64,000 bases of DNA from contig JBLDXI010000010.1 in NCBI GenBank assembly GCA_047495785.1, positions 1,116,001-1,180,000 on the forward strand. The letters are read 5' to 3'. Source of the stretch: Lepidodermella squamata (lineage: Eukaryota > Animalia > Gastrotricha). The notes beneath the pieces are model-generated. The model searched no databases. It was given only the letters and a program-made list of their open reading frames with translations, and had not been told where the DNA came from. Positions 37,154-47,423 of this stretch are shown here, piece after piece. The position numbers and the translations under genes are program-made. How positions within the stretch are numbered: position 1 is the first letter of the stretch; each line of letters begins with the position of its first letter.

Positions 37154-37326
37154 AATAGGAAATTCAATGGCAACTCGACTCAGTTACTAAGACTTTTATT
37201 CACAAAGCAATAAGGAAATATCGTCTATAGCTAACAACACCCCCTGAAATAGCGTAATCTAAGGAACAGTCAATAAAATTCTTAATATCGAGATTATTGC
37301 CGTTGTTTTTGCACTAAGCTTTTGCG

Positions 37327-37500
37327 TTACATGTAGGGGAACTCCTCTTCGGCTTGCTCGTCAAAGTTTTCTTCGTCCGATCCACCGTCGAAGAAGCTTC
37401 GCTTGATGTCAAAATTGTGCTTAGCGGCCGAGCTGTAGCCGATAGCCAACAGTGCAAACAGCATCAACATAATCAGAGTCGTGAGCTTAGTCATAGCCAT
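37327..37500 (-). CDS. Prepropeptide P9 (57 aa, not in the ORF track)
   Basis: Translated by hand: MAMTKLTTLIMLMLFALLAIGYSSA-AKHNFDI-KR-SFFDGGSDEENFDEQAEEEFPYM*. Start context caaaATGG. Confidence 0.78.
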   Translation of the reverse strand: MAMTKLTTLIMLMLFALLAIGYSSAAKHNFDIKRSFFDGGSDEENFDEQAEEEFPYM

Positions 37501-38419
37501 TTTGTTAATTAGTAATGATTACAAAAGCCTAAATTTGAACTGAGGTGTCAAAGTGAGATTATTTTGTGTGAAAAAAGGATTCCTTATTATCGAGAAAGGA
37601 ATTGCGTATGATTTCCTGGTAGACAGATGTTTTCGGTCTAATTTATTTGAGGAAAATCGTAACCTTTGTTTCTGGCTATCCAACTTGAAAATTGCGTGAT
37701 TAGGAAATACGGCCATATGTTAGCATTAATCATCACAAGAGGGTGTATCGATGGCAAATTCGCACTAAACAACACCGGAAACAAGCTGCGACGTAAGCAT
37801 CTTAAGAATGTCACGAGATATCGGAAACTGCGAAATGCGCAAGGCGCCGACCGGATGTTATGCGAAGTGGGCGCACTTAGGGACATAGGCTCGTATAACA
37901 GAAATCAGTGATTAATGTGCGCTGAGATCTCACGCTGCAGAACCTCGATCAAAATCAATTGAGTTGAGTTAAACTTACTTCTCTAACCATTGATTGAATG
38001 TTTCAATCTCAAGGCATTGATAATACCAATACCAAAACGTTATTTTTGAAAGATAACCTTAGTCCCATGAGAAGGTTTATCATGCCAATGTTTCAAGGCA
38101 CAAAATTCAAATGGCTGCGGCTGAATATAGATCTCCAGCTGCAGAATGATTGAGAGATTCTACAACGAGCAATGCAAGGCGCAACATTTTTGTAACTGAA
38201 TGCTGAGGGGGAGGGTAATATGAAACAGCTCTTTTCCTTTTTTTCTTGCTTTCCTGATGTGAAAAAATGAAGCAACTCAGACACTCTAATGCGAAATTTG
38301 AAGCCTGACTTTGACTTCCACGGAGAAATGAGCCAAAAATAATCGAAAGAAGTGATCCCAGGGGTCGACATATTTAGAAGAAGCATAAGGGTTTTGAAAT
38401 TGGACTAGAAAAAATGCCA

Positions 38420-38954
38420 CCCGTAGCAACAAAATGGTACTTGTTTCTGTATCATTCTGTAATTATGCAAACGAGCTTATCCTGTAAACTAGATACTATC
38501 TTGTAAACTAACTAGTCAGTATCATTTTTTCAAAGAAACAAGTTTTCCACTAAAATCCATAGAAAATTAAAATAATATCTGAGCAGGCTGCGGGATTTGA
38601 CCCTCTTTCACACATTCCAAATGCAGCCTCTCTTACCACTGAGCATCTGCTCTCTTACAATCTGTGTCCGATTTTTCGCTATTTAACATCGTTGGACATC
38701 TGAGCTCTTGCCAACTAAGAAAGTCCATAAAGAACATGAAAGCGGCCCCGCCGAATCGTATGGCTTTTTCAAAATCTTCGTAGCCATCACAGTTTCAAAG
38801 ATTAGGCGTTCAGGATCCAGTTAAATAGCAAGAAAAACGACACTGATTGTAAGAAAGCAGATGCTCAGTGGTAAGAGAGGCTGCGTGTGGAATGTGTGAA
38901 AGAGGGTTCAAATCCCGCAGCCTGCAGAAACAAGTAACATTTTGTTGCCACGGG
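38420..38954. mobile_element. Non-autonomous foldback/MITE-like DNA transposon (CMC/EnSpm-like) with tRNA-like arms
   Basis: Termini CCCGTAGCAACAAAATG...CATTTTGTTGCCACGGG, flanked by CA on both sides (possible 2-bp TSD). Inner inverted arms 38583-38687 and 38820-38925. Confidence 0.7.
38857..38925 (+). pseudogene. tRNA-derived sequence (A and B boxes) inside the foldback arm; mirror copy at 38583-38650 (-)
   Basis: GCTCAGTGGTA A box, GGTTCAAATCCCG B box, GCAG/CTGC ends. Stems are imperfect. Confidence 0.55.
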
Positions 38955-39139
38955 CACCCTTTGGAGCTGGGCCTAGTCAGAGCATTGATGGAAAGATTTT
39001 TTCATTTAAGAATACGTTTGTCCTATGGAGATGAGGTTTATTGATTGACGTGACATAGCATTGCGTGGCATCGACCTAAATTAATTTTTATGGATAAAAA
39101 TTGTCCAGATCCTTGATAGCAAACTACATCTATGGATGT

Positions 39140-39260
39140 TAGGAATCATCCCTACCAGTTCAATCATTCCGCACGGTCAACTCAATCAAGGGCCATAGGA
39201 TTGACTCTTTCGTCGATTTTCCTCATCCTTACCAGTTCTGCTACTTCGCTCTGTGTCTAG
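39140..39260. repeat. Diverged dispersed repeat; inverted partner at about 40800-40920
   Basis: atcatcccta..agttca and cgattttcctcatccttaccagttctgct match the reverse complement of 40800-40920 with the same ~70-bp spacing. Confidence 0.55.
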
Positions 39261-39737
39261 AAATTATCGAGGGAGACAGCTATCGAGAGCTTAGAGTTAT
39301 TGGTCTGAATAGAGTTATAGTGCCCGCGACCACTCATAGTCCTAAAAGAGGGTATCGAGAGCGGGCAGATATCGAAGGAGCACTAAAATGTATACTAAAA
39401 ACGTTGATATTACCACAAACAATTTGATATCGTTCAAATTGGCAAGTCGAATCACACGAATGCTCAGAACGGAAAAAACGAGAAAAGATACTGCTGCTTT
39501 CCTCTACTTTTCCTGAAACGAAGTTAAAAAAAGCAAAATAAGAACACGCAAATTATGGCATTCAATCGCATGATCCCCCTCTATTCGAGACAAAATAAAC
39601 TTCAGTCACGCGATATTTTTATTACCACATAAAGGCGGGTGCTTATCCACCAATTGAAGTGCACGGAAAGATGAAATCAAAAGTTCAACAGTTGGTGGGG
39701 GTGGATGAATAAACAAAGCCGATTCTGATAGAAGAAA

Positions 39738-39986
39738 TCATTCCCAAAATTTCCACCATTTAGGCGGGCTGATTACAGGATACCTCTGGCTGGCGGTCAA
39801 TGACAAATCTCCAGCAGCTTCTCCGTCTGTTCGTTTCCTTATGTAATCCGATAGCGATTCGTCAACCTCCATACGCTTGCGAATGTAGTCCGATAAATAA
39901 GTTGAAACATCGTCAGCATCTTCAGCAAAAACACTTGCGATGATAACAGCAAACGCGAGAAGAATTGAACTGAATTTAACTCGCAT
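39738..39986 (-). CDS. Prepropeptide P10
   Basis: Signal MRVKFSSILLAFAVIIASVFA; two LSDYI-RKR repeats; ends PPKWWKFWE. Confidence 0.85.
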   Translation of the reverse strand: MRVKFSSILLAFAVIIASVFAEDADDVSTYLSDYIRKRMEVDESLSDYIRKRTDGEAAGDLSLTASQRYPVISPPKWWKFWE

Positions 39987-40269
39987 TATTGGCGCGCTTA
40001 AAAAATAAAGAAATACGTCTGTCGCTGTGTGAAAAAATTGCCTTCTGGATTCTAAAAATGAGACACGACATGGCGATAACGCTTGCCTTGATCCCAACTG
40101 GACAGCAGTGCAATTAACACAAATGTTCGATTTTATTATTTAATTTCACACTGGTTGACTAATGGCGCTAGACATCACTCAAGTGATTGTCATATCCGGC
40201 CGCCTTTTTTCTTAAAATCAAGGAAATAAGAATTGATTTTGCGGCGGCGCATCAGTCCTGTTGTAGAAG

Positions 40270-40527
40270 TCAAAATAGCCATGCGGAAGATGGCAAGCTT
40301 TTCATATTCCTGTAGGCGTTTTGTGCTGCGGGATGCTGCCATTGAAAAATGTGTCCCTCGAATTCGTCGCCGTCATCCGATCGTTTTTTAGGCGATTCCT
40401 CAAAAAACGGCGAGTGGTGAAGTGGGGCTTCTGATCCGCGGTCCGAGGACAAAAAATGATCACCAGCGTGTATCGATTCAGCTGTCATCAAGCAGCCGAT
40501 CAAAATAAACAAAACAACCGATTTCAT
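40270..40527 (-). CDS. Prepropeptide P11
   Basis: Signal peptide, PKKR site, acidic then aromatic C-terminal peptide. Confidence 0.8.
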   Translation of the reverse strand: MKSVVLFILIGCLMTAESIHAGDHFLSSDRGSEAPLHHSPFFEESPKKRSDDGDEFEGHIFQWQHPAAQNAYRNMKSLPSSAWLF

Positions 40528-41373
40528 GATGCAATTTTTCGAAAGAGAAAAACAAAGCTGAGTGCTAAGGAAATGTTTTTATGAGGAAACTTCTCGACTT
40601 GGAAATAGGCAATAAATGATTTACATCCGGCACTGTATCGCGAAAGCCATAGCTCTTTCGCCATAAAAACGTCAACCTTAGAAATGCGAAGGAGTACGGT
40701 GAAGAGCGATACATACTTTTTTATTATTCATTCAGTTTAGCGTTTAGTTTTCCCAGCAATTAACAACCCTTGAAACAGGTCACGGCGGGCTGCTATGGAG
40801 CCAAGACAGCGAATTAGAGCAGTAGAACTAGTAAGGATAAGGAAAATCGCCTTAAAGGTCCCCCTTTTGTCTTTGGCTTTGAAGACTGAGACGACTGAGT
40901 GAACTAATATAGGGATGATCCATTCAGCTCAAAATTCTGTTCCTGTCCCTCGAATGTGGTTCTCCATTTCATGAAAGATCTTGAAAGACTTAAGCGGTAT
41001 ACTATCACGTCTTCGATCCCTTAATTGCTCAATAAGCAATAAGCTCTAAACTATATAGCTTCAATGAACTACAGTCAAGATCCTACTTTAAAGATACATT
41101 CGAAAGCATTTCAAACTCTTCCTTCGTCAGGTGTGGGCTGTTACCTATGAATTCATACGTTTATCACCGTGGAAATACAATGCTCTCACTGCACAAAGTT
41201 GAAAGTATGCCCATTTGGACGGTCAAGGCTGTATTTATTCATTAAAATGTTTTTAGCTGTACATAGCTCGATTCTTCATCAATGACATTGATACAATTCG
41301 AAAAATCCTGCTCCATGATTCAGGATGGCTCTTGCCATCTCACATTTGCAAAGATACAAATAAATGCGTTTAG

Positions 41374-41724
41374 TTATTCTCGTCCTGATCTCGATTTCGC
41401 TTGCCCGTTTCTCTTCCACATGAATTCTTCAGCACTAGTCATGAAAGGATCATTGCCCTGATGGTGGTAGAACCGTTTGAAAAGCTCGGCACTGCTTGCC
41501 CAAGGATCATCGCTTTGATGTCGAGTATCAAAGTCCCGCTTGAACAACTCAGCACTACTAGCCCATAGATCGTCACTTTGGTGGTAGCTGTGACTCGGAT
41601 CTCTTTTGAACACCTCCGCGCTACCAGCAAAAGGATCGGCGCTCTGATGATGTTCGAACCGTTTCTCCTGAGCTGAGATGATTGCGATAGTAAGGCAGGC
41701 CAAATAAACAGTTAATAATGACAT
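41374..41724 (-). CDS. Multi-copy neuropeptide precursor P12 (4 x HQxxD(P/L)(F/W)xxSAExF)
   Basis: Signal MSLLTVYLACLTIAIISA; five KR sites delimit four related peptides. Confidence 0.92.
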   Translation of the reverse strand: MSLLTVYLACLTIAIISAQEKRFEHHQSADPFAGSAEVFKRDPSHSYHQSDDLWASSAELFKRDFDTRHQSDDPWASSAELFKRFYHHQGNDPFMTSAEEFMWKRNGQAKSRSGRE

Positions 41725-42048
41725 TATATGTCTTAAAATTCGAATTTTCGTCTTGAAGAAGGAAAGACAAAAAACTGAAAAATATGTCCGCGCACTTTCA
41801 GTATACTTTGGCCTCTCGGGGCTCAGAACATTGCGGCTTGTCAATCAAGCGTGCGTAGGTTCCTAATTAATTTGACGCATCATTAGCGTGAAGCTACTCG
41901 GATGTCGGAGGCCTAATATAGCTTTGGCGGGGGGCTCTCGTGACTTCCGGCCAATTAATAAAAGTAGCTTTTTTTAACAAACATCACAAAAAGACGGATT
42001 CTACAACGAAAACATGAGACTTTTCTGAAAAATTGGTTTATTATCAGT

Positions 42049-42930
42049 TCAGTTGTGGCAAAACTCAAATCCTGCCACGTTGAATTCTGTTTTTGTAACT
42101 GTCGTCGTTGAGCTCACAACGTCGAAATACTTTGCTGCTGGTGAAGGTGAGCTGTAACAACATGATAACCAGGAAGCAAACTGGGAGAGCTTAAAATGAG
42201 CAATTCATTACGAATTTATTGAATAAACTTACACTTCCTGCCGTTGGAGAAACTGCGCTAGGATTGCCGTTATTAAAGCACGTCTCTGGGAATCGCGGGC
42301 AATAGGTTCTGGCTGCAGGGGTTGAAGTTGAGTATCCATCGGCAACAGCCGTCGCAGTACAAGCTCGCCATTGAGTGCCAGATGGGAAGCATGCTGCAAA
42401 TGGCCGACCGTTAACTGAAACTTGATCATAAACCGGCGAGCTACCGAGAGTAGTGCAACAAGTGCTGAAATCTGCATATGTTCCGACAGACTAAAAATTA
42501 TTCAGCTCAGAAGTTTTCTAAAATTTAGGATTAATCTTCATCTCAACCGTAGAAGCGTAAGGGCAGTTGAGCGTTCCTGTAAATCCTGGCGCGACGCAAA
42601 ATTTCAGATTTGTAACCGGGGACGCAAGATTAGTTGACGCGATTTGGCACATTGTAACAAGGGCCTGGAGGTAAAGAGCTCTAATTCAAATCATGAGTTA
42701 TTGGACATGAATTCAACCTGGCAGGTGATGTTTGATGCCGAGCATGGGTTCGTTGTGTTCGAGCAAGTTTGACCGGATGGGCAGGGATTTGACGTAGTTT
42801 TGCATTCCGTACCAGTCGGGCAAGACGTTGTTGACGTGGATGGGGATGTCGTGGGTACCGTTAGCGAAACTGAGCAGCCATTAGCAACTGCAATCACGCA
42901 GCAGCATAACAGAATGAGTTTAAACTTCAT
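42049..42930 (-). CDS. Secreted Cys-rich protein B (4 exons), mature chain begins CSVSL
   Basis: Manually spliced: signal peptide, Thr/Ser linker, MCQIASTNLASPVTNLKFCVAPG, FAACFPSGTQWRAC, YCPRFPETCFNN, ends EFCHN*. Confidence 0.82.
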
Positions 42931-42978
42931 GTTAAAAGTCTACAAAAGAATTATGATGGACTCAGTTCATTCCAAGGT

Positions 42979-43880
42979 TTAATTATGGCAAAATTCCTGT
43001 CCGGCATTATTGAAATTAGCGTTATTCGTGATCGTTGTAACAGGGCTAGCAGCACTTCCAACATAGTCAACAAACTTGGCCGGGGCTGCAGAACAGCAAG
43101 CGTAATATGACGCGAACTATCATCATGAGAAACACATGGAGCTATGAATCTCGACTAGTGTTTGAAACTCACGCTAGCTGGCGAGGCCGATATTGGACCA
43201 GCGGCGTTGTTGAAACATGTCTCTGGAAAGCGGGGGCAATATACCTTGCCTGCGGTCGCCGGGTTGTAGCCGTCATTTGTCGCGGTGACAGCGCAGGATC
43301 GCCATAGCGTGCCTGAGGGGAAGCATGCAGCAAACGTCTGGCTGTTGGATCGGACTACGTCGTAAACAGGGGTTCCGCTGAAGTTGGAACAGCAAGTTGC
43401 GAAATTGGGAAAATTGGCGTATGGCTGCCGATTAAAAAGCATAGTCTTCAAGTTAGTCTAACAATGAGGATGTTTTACCGTTGAGCCGTATGGGCACACA
43501 AAAGAGGTGCCAGACAACCCTGGGCCGACGCAAAATTTAAGATTCGTTATCGGCGATAGTAGATTTGTTGATGCGATGTTGCACATAGTAATATAGGTCT
43601 GCATTTTTCATAATTTGCTTTTCCACTTTTATCAGTCAGTTTAAATTGTCCTAACCTGACAGCCTGTTCCAGATCCGCACGACGAGGCTTGGCAAGTAGC
43701 TGGGCTCGTGCATGGGTTCGTTGTATTCAGGCAAGATTGAGTTGATGAACACGATGACGAGGATGATGTCGGGTTCGGCGTTGTAATTGTGAGCGACACT
43801 GAAACACTGCAACTATCCGCTGTCTTAATCAAGGCCAAAATCAAGCCGTAAATTGTAACAGTAAATTTTAAAGAGCTCAT
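42979..43880 (-). CDS. Secreted Cys-rich protein A (4 exons), tandem paralog of B
   Basis: Same exon structure. MCNIASTNLLSPITNLKFCVGPG, FAACFPSGTLWRSC, YCPRFPETCFNN, ends EFCHN*. Confidence 0.82.
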
Positions 43881-44560
43881 TCTCAGCGCAGAATTAAATA
43901 CAAATTTTTGATGTATATAAGAACATTGGCAAAAGGTGAGGTGATTACACCCACGCCCGAACTTTAGTCTCTGAATGTTGGGTTAACAAAGGCCAGGTAT
44001 ATTTTATCTAACTTCGTCTAATCCGCCACGCCATTATTGCTGCTACATGCAACGATCTCGAGATAATCCTTTGCATGCGTTACCATACGCCTGCTTTGCC
44101 TTCACTAGGGTATGTATAAGGCAGCTTTCATTAGGCACATTCATAACGAGACCTTTTTATAGTTTCCTTGTCATTGCATTCGTCCTAATTTCATTTCATT
44201 ATCATTGAAAAATCAAATGTTGTCTTGATGTGGTCACAGCTCTAAGACCTAATGATAGTACGCGTACCATTTTTACTCAATTTGTTGAAATAGAACATCT
44301 CATGAAGAGGAAGCTGCCAAAAGTTGTTATTATACAGCCAAAAAACAGTGGAAGGGTAAAAAAAGCTATATCCTTCTATTGCCATTTCCGCTTCCGCACT
44401 GATCTCAGACTTCTTGAGATGGCTGTCAAAAGCGTGCCGGAAGAGTCTGAAAGCCGCAGAAAGCCAAAACAATCCCACGCCCTTTTTCCATCGCGATTTT
44501 TTCGGCTCCACTGAAAGGTAAAAATTGTCATCCGAGACAGAACCATTCCAAACGTGAAAA

Positions 44561-44818
44561 ATGCATTTCTGGTCTGCTATCATTTGCGCCCTGCTAGCTG
44601 TGTTGGTTTGCTGCCAAGCCATGGCTATCAACAAGCGAACTGTCTTCGGCCATACAGCCAGCGATATGGACTTTGATGGGCCACCCTTCTACTTCGGCGG
44701 TGACGACGATGATGTTGGCCCAAATGATCTAGCCAAACGGGCTTTCCGCGGCCTTCCAAGGAAAATCACAGCGCAAGATTTGCTTTTCCGCCTACCCATT
44801 GAAGGCCTCAATCAGTGA
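44561..44818 (+). CDS. Prepropeptide P13
   Basis: Signal peptide, INKR site, acidic spacer, DLAKR site, then AFRGLPRKITAQDLLFRLPIEGLNQ. Confidence 0.83.
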   Translation: MHFWSAIICALLAVLVCCQAMAINKRTVFGHTASDMDFDGPPFYFGGDDDDVGPNDLAKRAFRGLPRKITAQDLLFRLPIEGLNQ

Positions 44819-45781
44819 ATCGATGTCACTTAATGCTATAACTCCAAACCCGGTCTAGTACGTATCGATTATTGTAATCCAGAGGCTGCCCTTAATGCGT
44901 GCTTAGAATACATTATCCGACGATTTATGCTAATAAAATACCAAGTGCCCCATAATAGGGCGGATTTTCTTCAAGACAAATGTTTACTTAACCGTTTTTT
45001 AAGATTTCGCAGACGACTTTAATGAGTCAATCGCTTCTATCTACGAATCTCCGTTCTCCGTACAGTCAAAATCAAGCGGCCTGTTAGGAATTAGGAGTAA
45101 TTCATTGCGAAGCTATATGTATTGAACATATCTATTGAACTGAGCTAAGGACCAATCGATGTTCTATTGGTTTTTGATACCTAATCAGACGTTTGACTAG
45201 CGTATTTGGACTTATCTTGAATTCAAAGCATTGGATACATTTGGGCGTTTAGACACTCGCTGAGCCAACTCGATAGTGTTAGCCAGGACAAAACAGTGCA
45301 AAGACAAACATTTCAATCATAGTTCAACTGCATTTTGCTTATTTCCGCAAAGGAAGCGCGTTAGGCGTTGCCGCGTGGTGTCTGCAAAGTTAGATCCGTT
45401 TCTGAGCCTAAATTAGCTATTTGCAAGTGCCAAGGGACTCGAAGTGAAATAGCTTTAGATTCACCTTCAAGAAGCGTGGGTATTTTTTAACTTCAGATTG
45501 CTTTTTCAGTCCAAGATCAGTCAAACGCATGTGGACTGCCAACTCATCGTCTGGCACCGACGTATTATCCCCAGAATGCTGTAATTTCAATTTTCCTTAA
45601 CTATGAACCTCGATTGACATAATGACACATTGCGCACTGGCCTCCGCGTCGGGCTTTCCATGATGAATCCCTAAGGTCCGCGATCAGTTTATTTAATCGT
45701 TTTTTCTCCATCACAATCGCCAAATCTCCAGCTCATTCCGCTTAGATTCTCAGACCTATTTTTTTACCCTCATCAGTAAAA

Positions 45782-46060
45782 ATGAATTCAAAACTCATCA
45801 TCGCTATGTTGGGCATTGCCTTCGCAATGGCTCTGAACTTCGAAGTTATCTCAGCGCAAGAAGAAGGCGAGCATATCGAAGATTACCCCGATGGTCGAGG
45901 CGACGATGATGCGATGAAGCGAAGCGTCAATATGCTCGAGGATGGCGGCGATCCGGCTGAATACGGCGAAGACCTAGCCAAGCATTTCGCCGAGTACTAC
46001 AACGGCGCGTCTCGGTTCCGGCAGAACAAGGCTAAATTCTTCGGCAAGGCTCGGGCATAA
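45782..46060 (+). CDS. Prepropeptide P14
   Basis: Signal peptide, acidic spacer, MKR site; ends RFRQNKAKFF-GK (possible amide), similar to P2. Confidence 0.85.
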   Translation: MNSKLIIAMLGIAFAMALNFEVISAQEEGEHIEDYPDGRGDDDAMKRSVNMLEDGGDPAEYGEDLAKHFAEYYNGASRFRQNKAKFFGKARA

Positions 46061-46376
46061 ACGAGAGACAAACTATTTTAACATCGATTGACATCGATAA
46101 TGCACTGAAATTTCGTTTGTGCGTATTGTTGTGAATAACTAAAATGTCTATGCTAACGGCTAGTTTTAATTCAATCCAACTTCCGCCCGCTTGTTATAAT
46201 ATCATCACCCGCGCCAGTCGCAGTCAATAAAATCTATAATAAATGATTTATGATGACGAAAGCGCGGCGATAGTTTTCAAATACGCACTCAAGCTTCCGG
46301 CCACTTGTTAGCCAGAACAAAATAAAACCTGACAGCCTCCGCACGTTTTTTTCACAACAACATCACAACACACAAA

Positions 46377-46760
46377 ATGGCGTGTAATTTGTTTCGCACA
46401 ATCGGCGAATTGCGATTCATCCACATGTTTGCTGTTTCGTTCATCGCGGCGCTTGTTGTTTTTGTTCTTGGGGTTGGAATTTTCACCTGTCCTGTTTCAG
46501 CTGATGAGGAAGATACGGCGTCTCATGTTCACCCTGCGAACTTCGACTACGAGGCGATTCGAGACGAGGACGATGATGCGATAACGCCTGTTTATCAAGC
46601 CAGTGACAAGGCTCGGTCGGATTTACTACTTCAATTGGCTAGATACTTTTATTACGACAGCATGTCTAGTCGAAACCGTAACAGCTTTTACTCCACGGCG
46701 AAAACTTACAATTTTGGCGCGCAGAATGAGCTTTACCCTGGCCTAGCAAACTTCAAATGA
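46377..46760 (+). CDS. Secreted propeptide-like protein P15
   Basis: Hydrophobic signal ending VSA, acidic propiece, Tyr/Arg-rich C-terminus. Only monobasic sites. Alternative ATG at 46425. Confidence 0.72.
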   Translation: MACNLFRTIGELRFIHMFAVSFIAALVVFVLGVGIFTCPVSADEEDTASHVHPANFDYEAIRDEDDDAITPVYQASDKARSDLLLQLARYFYYDSMSSRNRNSFYSTAKTYNFGAQNELYPGLANFK

Positions 46761-47423
46761 TGATAAAGTCAAGATTTTTCATTATTGTCCAGAGAATGTC
46801 ATGTATTGTCGAAATAAATTGAAAATTAGTCGATTACAGAAACGCTTTGATTATGTTGGCAAGCAATATGATTCAACTTACAATAACTTACTGTTTGCTT
46901 TTGTCCGTCTTATCATTTCAGAACACAAGGTTTAGCTCAAAACAGCGGTCGTTATCTAAAAGGGCAATCCAGGGAAAATTAAGTGAGTTAGGATGAATCA
47001 GCGAAATTTCATATAAGTTCCCATCTCATTCAACAGTGTCGTTCATTTCAATAACTTTATCCGGCTACATTGTCTTCCCTTCATCTTGAGCTAAAATCAC
47101 GCTGTGCTTTCGGAAAGACAATGAGTCCATTAGACAATTTTTAAAACTCATTACTATCTTCACCCATAGTTTTTTGCTGCCTGAACTCAATCAAATATAC
47201 TGTCACCTATATCGTTAACCCAGTTTAACAGTTGGGATTATTTTACTTTTGTTTAAAGGTATTAGGTTAAAAGTGATGGTGTCATTCGTTGTCACCTATC
47301 AACTACCACTTACCACCTACCACAGTTAAACTGGGTCGTTTGTTTCATTTTAAAGGCCAACAAAAGCCTCAAAATCGTTTCTGTTTTCTTCTTAATGTTC
47401 ATAATCCATAGAAGTTATAACAT

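Noticed and set aside
38583-38925. Functional tRNA genes
   Set aside because: Acceptor and anticodon stems are degenerate, the two copies differ in the anticodon loop, and both lie in transposon arms.
31490-46260. CRE-like TGACG sites upstream of several peptide genes
   Set aside because: A 5-mer is expected roughly every 500 bp; enrichment cannot be shown without a statistical test.
45782-46760. NPY/NPF-like look of EDLAKHFAEYY..SRFR (P14) and LQLARYFYY..SRNR (P15)
   Set aside because: No RxR(F/Y)-G-basic terminus and the spacing does not fit; the similarity is too weak.
8012-46760. Idea that the seven membrane proteins are receptors for the clustered peptides
   Set aside because: Their ectodomains are short and low-complexity; proximity is the only support.
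47217-47336. 12-bp inverted repeat (ACCCAGTTTAAC) upstream of the IRG gene as a MITE
   Set aside because: Short, with no TSD and no second copy seen in the window.
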